Below, in pieces: positions 9,202 through 16,045 of a stretch of DNA of 16,045 nt (positions are counted from its first letter, which is position 1; the number at the start of each line of letters is the position of its first letter). Both the position numbers and the translations under genes were made by a program. The DNA is from a bacterium. Its GTDB lineage: Bacteria > Hinthialibacterota > Hinthialibacteria > Hinthialibacterales > Hinthialibacteraceae. Where the stretch lies: NCBI GenBank assembly GCA_041946805.1, contig JBHGBC010000143.1:1-16045 (forward strand). Direction: 5' to 3'. Under the pieces are notes generated by a model. That model worked only from the letters and a program-made list of their open reading frames with translations, had not been told where the DNA came from and ran no database searches.

Positions 9202-10275
9202 ATGGACAGCCTGGAAGCGAAACTGAAAGACATCGCCACGCAATTCGAGGCGATCGAGGCCGAACTCAGCGATCCGGCCAGCATGTCGAACCGCGCCCGG
9301 ATGACCGAGCTGAGCCGCAAGCACGCGGAATGGCTGCCCTTGATCCAGGATTACCGGAAATGGATCCGCCTTCGCCAGGAAATGCACGACGTCCAAGACT
9401 TGCTTTCCTCCAAGGACAAGGACATCGCCGAATTGGCCCAGGATGAGCTCCAAGAGCTTAAGGAGCAGGAAAACGAAATCCAGGTCCGGTTGAAGGACGA
9501 GCTGACGCCCAAGGATCCCAACGCCCACCGGAACACCATTATCGAGATCCGGGCCGGGACGGGGGGCGAGGAAGCCGCCCTGTTCGCCGGCGACCTGTTC
9601 CGCATGTACAGCCGTTACGCCGAATCGCGGAAGTGGAACGTCGAGGTGCTCTCATCCAATCCCACGGGGCTTGGGGGATTCAAGGAAATCATCTTCATGG
9701 TCAGCGGCCCGAACGCCTATTCCCGATTGAAATTCGAAGGCGGCACGCACCGCGTGCAGCGGGTGCCGGAGACGGAAGCTTCCGGCCGCGTGCATACCTC
9801 GGCGGCCACCGTGGCGGTGCTGCCGGAAGCGGAAGAGGTCGACATTCAGATCGCGCCGGAAGACATCCGCGTCGACGTGTTCCGCTCGTCCGGCCCGGGC
9901 GGGCAAAGCGTGAACACCACCGACTCGGCGGTGCGCGTCACCCATCTTCCCACCGGCCTGGTGGTCTCGTGCCAGGACGAAAAATCCCAACACAAAAACC
10001 GCGCGCGCGCCCTCAAGGTGCTGCGCAGCCGCCTGCTGGAACTCGAGCAACAAAAACAAAACGACGAACTCCACTCGCAGCGGCGGACCATGGTCGGCAG
10101 CGGAGACCGGAGTGAGCGCATCCGGACCTATAACTTTCCCCAAAACCGGCTGACCGACCACCGGATCAACTTCACCCTGCACCGCCTCGAATCCATTATG
10201 GAAGGCGACCTGGACGGCCTTATCGACGCGCTGATCCGGGAAGACCAGCTCAACCGCCTCCGCGCCGGCGGGTGA
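9202..10275 (+). CDS. prfA: Peptide chain release factor 1
   Basis: C-terminal part of the over-long track ORF 6976..10275; the real start is MDSLEAKL at 9202. Contains [15 protein letters not shown], the RF1 PxT motif (RVPETE), [15 protein letters not shown] and [10 protein letters not shown]. Confidence 0.97.
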   Translation: MDSLEAKLKDIATQFEAIEAELSDPASMSNRARMTELSRKHAEWLPLIQDYRKWIRLRQEMHDVQDLLSSKDKDIAELAQDELQELKEQENEIQVRLKDELTPKDPNAHRNTIIEIRAGTGGEEAALFAGDLFRMYSRYAESRKWNVEVLSSNPTGLGGFKEIIFMVSGPNAYSRLKFEGGTHRVQRVPETEASGRVHTSAATVAVLPEAEEVDIQIAPEDIRVDVFRSSGPGGQSVNTTDSAVRVTHLPTGLVVSCQDEKSQHKNRARALKVLRSRLLELEQQKQNDELHSQRRTMVGSGDRSERIRTYNFPQNRLTDHRINFTLHRLESIMEGDLDGLIDALIREDQLNRLRAGG

Positions 10276-10278
10276 ACC

Positions 10279-11142
10279 ATGAACCTCCAGCAAGCCGTGG
10301 ACTTTGCTGACGCCACATTACGGTCGCATCACGTCGAATCCCCCCGGCTCTCGGCGGAACTGCTCGCCGCCCATGCCACGTCCCTGACCCGCTCGCAGGT
10401 CCTCGCCCGGAGCGGCCGGCTCCTTTCTCTGGAAGAAGAAGCGATATTTCACGCGGCCCTGCGGCGGCGCGCCCGGCATGAACCCATCCCCTACCTCACC
10501 GGCGAGATTGAATTCTATTCCCTCCCCTTCGCCATCGCGCCCGGAGTGTTCATCCCCCGGCCCGAAACCGAAACCCTGGTGGACGCGGCCCTCGCCCTCG
10601 CGCGGAATCTCGGCCATCCACCCCGGATCCATGATCTGGGGACCGGCTCCGGCGCGATCCTCCTCACCTTGGCGTCTCATCTGCAACAGGGCGAATTTTA
10701 CGGCAGCGACCTTTCCCGCGCGGCGCTCGACATCACGGCCGCCAACGCCAAACGGCTCGGCGTCTTCGATCGCGTCACGTTGCGGCAAGGAACCTTGCCG
10801 ATCCCACCGGGCGATCCCTCCGGGCAGGAGTTGGACCTCTTCGTTTCAAATCCACCTTACATCAAATCGGGCGACATCCCTGGCCTGCCGAGCCAGATCC
10901 GGGACTTCGAACCCCATCTGGCCTTGGATGGCGGACCGGATGGATTAACCTGCATACGCGCCCTTCTGGAGGAAGCGCCGGCCCTTCTGAAACCGGGCGG
11001 CGCCGTGCTGCTCGAAGCCGAACCCGGCCTCATGGCGGCGATACGGGAAGAAGCCCGGCGGCGCGGATACGAAGGCTTTGTCATCCACCAGGACGCTTCC
11101 GGAAAAGACCGCGTGGCTCAATTCCGACGCCGGCGGGATTGA
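10279..11142 (+). CDS. prmC: Release factor glutamine methyltransferase (HemK)
   Basis: EPIPYLTGEIEFY, FIPRPETE, DLGTGSGAI, SNPPYI and EPHLALDGGPDGL; starts 3 nt after the prfA stop. Confidence 0.96.
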   Translation: MNLQQAVDFADATLRSHHVESPRLSAELLAAHATSLTRSQVLARSGRLLSLEEEAIFHAALRRRARHEPIPYLTGEIEFYSLPFAIAPGVFIPRPETETLVDAALALARNLGHPPRIHDLGTGSGAILLTLASHLQQGEFYGSDLSRAALDITAANAKRLGVFDRVTLRQGTLPIPPGDPSGQELDLFVSNPPYIKSGDIPGLPSQIRDFEPHLALDGGPDGLTCIRALLEEAPALLKPGGAVLLEAEPGLMAAIREEARRRGYEGFVIHQDASGKDRVAQFRRRRD

Positions 11143-11341
11143 TGTTGCGATTCACCTACTCCCGCGGCACGCGAGAGCGCGAATCCGGTGATCCAGTAAT
11201 AATATTAAGGTGTGGAATCCTGTAGTTCGGGATCTGCTTTCCATCCCATCCCGCCGGGATTCAAGGTGAATAGCCGGGTATGACAACTTCCAGCACCGGG
11301 GAAGAAAGGAACGGCCCTGGAAGGAGCGGACGGCATCGCGT

Positions 11342-12688
11342 TCAATCCCGGCGGGAGGCCGCTTTCTCCTGCAACAGAACCACGAAGAAGGTTCCATATT
11401 CGGCCCAGGGAACCCAAAGCGGAAACGATCGCGTGAAATAGAACGTATAAGACAAGAAAATCAGGCCCGTGAGGAGGATCCAGGCCCGGCTGGGAAAAAC
11501 GCACAACAGGGGAACCAGCCAGACGAGATACCAGGGATTGATCACGGGAGAACAAAGCAGCAAGGTTCCCATCACCCCGAACATTCCGCGCAGACAATCC
11601 TCCGGGTGTGGAACGTTCGGCATCCGGAACGACTGCCAAACAGTGACGAGAATTATCAGGCCGAAGAGCGTCATCCGGGCCGCCGTCTCCGGATTCCAGA
11701 TCCAGGTTCCGGCCACGTGCTGAAAGATCCAAGTTGTCAGTTCGAATATCCCGCCGTTGAACCGCCACTCCCTTGAATAAATGAGAAAACCTCGGAAGGG
11801 ATTGATTTCGGGAGAGAGGAATGGGAGATACAACGCCAGAAGCGTCAAGGCGAACAGCGCGTACGCCGGCCATCGCCAGACCCGGCGCAGCAGGGGCGGA
11901 AACAGAAAACCGAAGAACTTGGTCAAGGTCATCCAGGCCAGCGCCACCCCGCCGGCCAGGTCCTGTTTTTTAACCAGAAAAAGCAGGGTGAGCGTCAAAA
12001 AAAACGCGCAGACCGAGTCGGCGTGTCCCGAGTTGGCGATTTCCTTGAGGATCAGGGGCGACCAGGCGTAAATCAAACACCACTCGATGGGACGCCGTAA
12101 TTCGCGTAACAGCCGTATCAACAAAAAGAGAGTCCCCACGTCGAACAGAATCATGACGAACTTCATTCCCAAAACCCGGCCGGGAAACAGATATTCCGGG
12201 AGGAGAAACACGAACTGCAGAACGGGGGGATAGATGGTCGGCACATAACGGTAGTTGATCCGCTCCCAGTATTCAGTGCGGTAGGGCTGCGTTTCGGTGT
12301 TCAGGGGCGCGTACCGGTAGGGATTGATACCCTGGAGCGACGTATGGCCGTCCCACTGATAGCGGTAGATATCGTTTTCCAGAATCGGCTGAGAAGGGAG
12401 CAGCACCACGCGGAAGAGGATGCCGAACGCCATCGCCACGGCGAATTGATGAGGACTGAGCCGCCAGCCGCGGATAATCCGCGAGACCAGGATCCAATAC
12501 CAGCCGAACACGCACCCGGTCAACATCAGGAACCGGGTGACCGCCATCATATCGGCGGACCGGGGTTGCACTTGCTCCGCGGGTGTCAGGGCGATGAACA
12601 CATATCCGCCCAGGCTGAACAATCCCCAGGCCCACAGGAGGCCGGCCCCCGGTTCGTATGGAGTTGTCCGGCCGTCTGCACTGATCAT
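11342..12688 (-). CDS. Polytopic membrane GT-C glycosyltransferase (GT87/DUF2029-like)
   Basis: ENDIYRYQWDG, GINPYRYAP, PTIYPP, YAWSPL..KEIANSGHAD, WRFNGG and SPVINPWY motifs with many hydrophobic segments. ATG 12688 has a GGAGG SD and avoids overlap with folK. Confidence 0.8.
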   Translation of the reverse strand: MISADGRTTPYEPGAGLLWAWGLFSLGGYVFIALTPAEQVQPRSADMMAVTRFLMLTGCVFGWYWILVSRIIRGWRLSPHQFAVAMAFGILFRVVLLPSQPILENDIYRYQWDGHTSLQGINPYRYAPLNTETQPYRTEYWERINYRYVPTIYPPVLQFVFLLPEYLFPGRVLGMKFVMILFDVGTLFLLIRLLRELRRPIEWCLIYAWSPLILKEIANSGHADSVCAFFLTLTLLFLVKKQDLAGGVALAWMTLTKFFGFLFPPLLRRVWRWPAYALFALTLLALYLPFLSPEINPFRGFLIYSREWRFNGGIFELTTWIFQHVAGTWIWNPETAARMTLFGLIILVTVWQSFRMPNVPHPEDCLRGMFGVMGTLLLCSPVINPWYLVWLVPLLCVFPSRAWILLTGLIFLSYTFYFTRSFPLWVPWAEYGTFFVVLLQEKAASRRD

Positions 12689-12719
12689 CCATGCCTCCCC
12701 TCGAGACTCGAGGCCGCGC

Positions 12720-13214
12720 TTACGCCGCCGGGCGGGACGCCAACGCCCGCAGGGCCTCCTCCACGGTCTTCCCCATTCCGGGAAGCGGCAGGCGCGGACA
12801 CAGGTCCGAGAGCGGCTTGAGCACAAACCATCGCGCATGCAGGCGCGGGTGTGGAATTATCAGCTCCGGCTCGGAGATGATTTGATCTCCATAAAGCAGC
12901 AGATCCAGGTCGATGGGCCGCGATTGCGGGAGATTATTCTCCCGGATTGTCCTGGTGCGCGTCCGGCCCAGCTGCGATTCAATATGCAACAGGATGTCCA
13001 ACAATTTCCGGGGGGGACACTCCACCTGGAGTTCGGCGGCGCCGTTCAAAAAGGGCGGGGCGGATTGCGCCAATCCCTCGGCCTGGGTTTCATACACCGG
13101 CGATACGCGCTGCAGCGTCACGTGTTCCTGCCGGGCGAGTAAGGCCAAGGCTTGCTGGATGAGCATCTGCCGGTCGCCGAGATTGGACCCGAACGCGATG
13201 TAGGCGGTGACCAT
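12720..13214 (-). CDS. folK: 2-amino-4-hydroxy-6-hydroxymethyldihydropteridine diphosphokinase (HPPK)
   Basis: AYIAFGSNLGDR, SPVYET, FLNGAAEL, RPIDLDLLLY and IPHPRLHARWFVLKPL. Confidence 0.96.
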   Translation of the reverse strand: MVTAYIAFGSNLGDRQMLIQQALALLARQEHVTLQRVSPVYETQAEGLAQSAPPFLNGAAELQVECPPRKLLDILLHIESQLGRTRTRTIRENNLPQSRPIDLDLLLYGDQIISEPELIIPHPRLHARWFVLKPLSDLCPRLPLPGMGKTVEEALRALASRPAA

Positions 13215-13432
13215 TTCGATTGAGCCCTGGTTTTACCTGGAATGATTATTAGGAACATGTTATTACATATAGAATAGAATAAAGTCGGGTCTCAAGGGAA
13301 GGCCGATGGGGGAATTGCCGCTGGTCCTGACGATTAATCATCGGAGAATGGAATGCCAGACCGGACTCCACGCCATCAAATCCACGTCCATCGCCACGCC
13401 AAGGCAAAATAAAGGCAGAAAGGAATATATCG

Positions 13433-14974
13433 ATGAAACCATGGTGGATGCCGGGATGGATAGGGATAGCCCTTCTGGTTCCGCTTTTCAGCGCCGGGCG
13501 GGAGAATGCTTCCCCGTATTTTCAAATCCAGGTGATTGACGAGCAAACCGGCCGGGGCGTTCCCCTGGTGGAACTGGAAACCGTGAACCGTATCTTGTAC
13601 GTCACCGACAGCAACGGAATCGTGGCGTTCCTTGAGCCGGGACTGATGAACCAGACCGTGTTTTTCAACGTCCGCAGCCATGGATATGAAATTCAGAAGG
13701 ACGGCTTCGGCATGGCGGGTGTGCGGCTCCATACCAAGCCTGGAGGTAGCGCCACGGTCACCATCCAGCGCAAGAACATCGCCGAGCGCCTGTATCGCAT
13801 CACGGGGCAGGGAATCTACCGCGACAGCGTGTTGACCGGCGCGCCCGTCCCGCTGCGGGAACCGGTGCTCAACGGCGGCGTCCTGGGGCAGGATTCCGTG
13901 CTGCCCGCCCTGTACCGGGGACGTATCTATTGGTTCTGGGGAGATACCAGCCGTGCCTCGTATCCCTTGGGCAATTTTCGCATGTCGGGCGCGACCTCCG
14001 AACTCGTGGCGAAGGGCGGATTACCTCCCTCCCGGGGCATCGACCTGAAATATTTCGTCAACGAAGATGGATTCTGCCGCTCGATGTGCCCGATCGTGAA
14101 CGATGGCTTGATTTGGATCGACGGGGTGACGGTTTTGAACGACAGCGGCGGGAACGAACGGATGGTGGGACGGTATTCCCACCTGCGGCAATTGGGCGAT
14201 GTGCTTGGGCAAGGCCTGGTCCGGTTCAACGATGATACCCAAACCTTCGAGAAGTGGATAGAGGTCGATCTCGCGAATCAGTGGCGCTTGCCCCGTGGAC
14301 ACGCCATGCGTCCTCCCGATAGCCGGGACGAACTTGTGTATTACATGATTGCCTACCCGGTCACGCGGGTGCGGGCGGACCTCAACCTCCTGGCCGATCC
14401 CAACGCCTACGAGGCCTTCACCTGCCTGGCTCCGGGAGAAACCTACCGGGGCCAGGATTCCGTGGTGGAACGCGACGCGCAGGGCCGCCCGGTGTACGCC
14501 TGGAAGAAAAACACCGATCCCACCGATGTCAAGGAAGAACAAGAACTGGTCAAACACGGATTGATCAAGCCGGACGAGGCGCGTTTTCTGCCCCGCGACG
14601 CCGAATCCGGCGAACCGGTGGCCATTCATTCCGGCTCGGTGTATTGGAACGCGTACCGGAACCGTTGGATTCTCATCGGGGTGCAGATGGGCGGGAAAAC
14701 ATCATTTTTGGGCGAAGTCTGGTACTCGGAAGCGGACGCGCCCACCGGCCCGTGGCGGCGCGCCCGCAAGATCGTCACGCATGATAAATATACCTTCTAC
14801 AATCCCGTGCATCATCCGTTCTTCGATGAGGAGGGGGGAAGGCTGATCTACTTCGAAGGGACTTACTCGCGCACCTTCTCCGACGCGCCCTCGGCCACGC
14901 CGCGCTACGATTACAACCAAATCATGTACCGGCTGGACCTCGCCGATCCCCGCCTGCGGCTGGAGAATCCATAA
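13433..14974 (+). CDS. Secreted protein of unknown function; probable beta-propeller, DUF4185-like
   Basis: Signal-peptide-like N-terminus, then a carboxypeptidase-regulatory-like segment (FQIQVIDEQTGRGVPLVEL...VRSHGY), then IYWFWGDT, SVYWNAYRNRWIL, ADAPTGPW and FYNPVHHP. The gene is clear; the family is inferred. Confidence 0.75.
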   Translation: MKPWWMPGWIGIALLVPLFSAGRENASPYFQIQVIDEQTGRGVPLVELETVNRILYVTDSNGIVAFLEPGLMNQTVFFNVRSHGYEIQKDGFGMAGVRLHTKPGGSATVTIQRKNIAERLYRITGQGIYRDSVLTGAPVPLREPVLNGGVLGQDSVLPALYRGRIYWFWGDTSRASYPLGNFRMSGATSELVAKGGLPPSRGIDLKYFVNEDGFCRSMCPIVNDGLIWIDGVTVLNDSGGNERMVGRYSHLRQLGDVLGQGLVRFNDDTQTFEKWIEVDLANQWRLPRGHAMRPPDSRDELVYYMIAYPVTRVRADLNLLADPNAYEAFTCLAPGETYRGQDSVVERDAQGRPVYAWKKNTDPTDVKEEQELVKHGLIKPDEARFLPRDAESGEPVAIHSGSVYWNAYRNRWILIGVQMGGKTSFLGEVWYSEADAPTGPWRRARKIVTHDKYTFYNPVHHPFFDEEGGRLIYFEGTYSRTFSDAPSATPRYDYNQIMYRLDLADPRLRLENP

Positions 14975-15348
14975 TCCCGCCCGGTCCGCGTCCCCTTCAT
15001 GGTTATCCGGTCTTCCGATTGGATGGGATAAGAGGGGGACTCACCGTCTTGCTGCAGGAGTTCCGTCAACTTCCGGATAAGGGGAAGAAAATCATATACT
15101 AGTTTTATATATTAACTAAATTAAGTATATTAGAAAATTAAGTAAATTTATCTAAATATATAATAAAATAAAAATTTGTCAAAATACGGGATTTGGGATT
15201 GCTATTCATATTGGCTTCTGATAAATGGTGAGTGTTTCTCGCGAGGATTCATTTACTAACCTGATCGCTCCGGCCCGCGCCGCCGGATTGATCAGCAATG
15301 AGAAGGGTGGATTGCCATTCCGTCACGCGGGATGAATGGTGGAGAGCA

Positions 15349-16045
15349 ATGGAGAGGGGTATTTCTTGCGGTTCAGGATCATGGTGGGGTATCCAAATCG
15401 TTTGCTTGATAACAATGGCTGTTCTGGCTTCGGACAGGGAAGGGATGGCAGGGCCGGACTTGGGGGATGAGGTTGAACTTGTTTCATCCCAGTGGTTGTG
15501 TTTCGCGCATGTTTCACTGGCCGAAGCCGACACTCCCACGCCCACGGAGGCCCCGACGCCGACTCCTACCAAGCCTGCCCCGACTCCTACACGGGTAAAA
15601 ACTCCAACGCGCACGAAAACTCCGACGAATACTCCCACGCCTCCCGGCCCGACCCCCACGCCCACGGAAGCATCCACACCGGCGGGCACGGAGATCCCCA
15701 CCTCAACGTTGGCTCCCACACCAACCTATACATCCACACCAGAACCTACGCCAACGGTCACGCCAATCCCGATCCCCACGGATACTCCGACCAGCACATC
15801 GACTCCGACTTATACATATACCCCGGAACCTACACCGACCTATACATTTACTCCAACCGCTACCTCCACGCCAGAACCTACGCCAACGTTTACCTCAACC
15901 CCGATTCCAACGGATACGCCGACCAGCACATCGACTCCGACTTATACATTCACGCCAACCTATACGTTCACACCAACCGCTACCTCCACACCAGAACCTA
16001 CGCCAACGTTTACCTCAACCCCGATTCCAACGGATACGCCGACCA
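15349..16045 (+). CDS. Exported Pro/Thr-rich repeat protein, N-terminal part; runs off the window edge
   Basis: Not in the ORF track because it has no stop in the window. The frame is open from ATG 15298, or ATG 15349 (GGAG upstream), to the end: MERGISCGSGSWWGIQIVCLITMAVLAS...AEADTPTPTEAPTPTPTKPAPTPT...TPEPTPTFTSTPIPTDTPT. Confidence 0.8.
   Translation, partial: MERGISCGSGSWWGIQIVCLITMAVLASDREGMAGPDLGDEVELVSSQWLCFAHVSLAEADTPTPTEAPTPTPTKPAPTPTRVKTPTRTKTPTNTPTPPGPTPTPTEASTPAGTEIPTSTLAPTPTYTSTPEPTPTVTPIPIPTDTPTSTSTPTYTYTPEPTPTYTFTPTATSTPEPTPTFTSTPIPTDTPTSTSTPTYTFTPTYTFTPTATSTPEPTPTFTSTPIPTDTPT
15739..16045 (+). repeat. Coding tandem repeat, units of 132 and 120 bp
   Basis: ccagaacctacgccaacg recurs at 15739, 15871 and 15991; 15841-15925 and 15961-16045 are 81/85 identical. 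Confidence 0.92.

Noticed and set aside
12689..12838. N-terminal extension of the glycosyltransferase ORF given in the track
   Set aside because: It overlaps folK and is not protein-like; ATG 12688 has a good SD.
15249..15719. Minus-strand Val/Gly-rich ORF
   Set aside because: It is the reverse-complement reading of the Pro/Thr repeats; the plus-strand frame has a signal-like N-terminus and synonymous variation between repeats.
15739..16045. Repeats considered as a possible CRISPR array
   Set aside because: The units are contiguous in-frame coding repeats without unique spacers, and no cas genes are present.

Overview
GC-rich bacterial chromosomal window. It is mostly housekeeping genes (purB, ppdK, prfA-prmC, folK), plus a B12-binding radical SAM enzyme, a solo prepilin/GspG-like gene, a GT87-like membrane glycosyltransferase, a secreted probable beta-propeller protein and the start of a Pro/Thr-repeat exported protein. 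The most striking structure is at the left end. An AT-richer mazEF toxin-antitoxin pair sits between two 71-bp direct repeats (69/71 identical, 814 bp apart) of the last codons and stop of purB, like an integrated mini-element, but no integrase or transposase is present. Just beyond the second copy a minimal nucleotidyltransferase (MNT-type) gene begins, suggesting serial accretion of TA cassettes at the purB 3' end. An orphan hicB-like gene and three kinds of REP-like palindromes (GTAG-type, CGTC/dRS3-like, CCCTCTCCC-type) occupy other intergenic gaps. All calls come from reading motifs by eye; no database searches were run.
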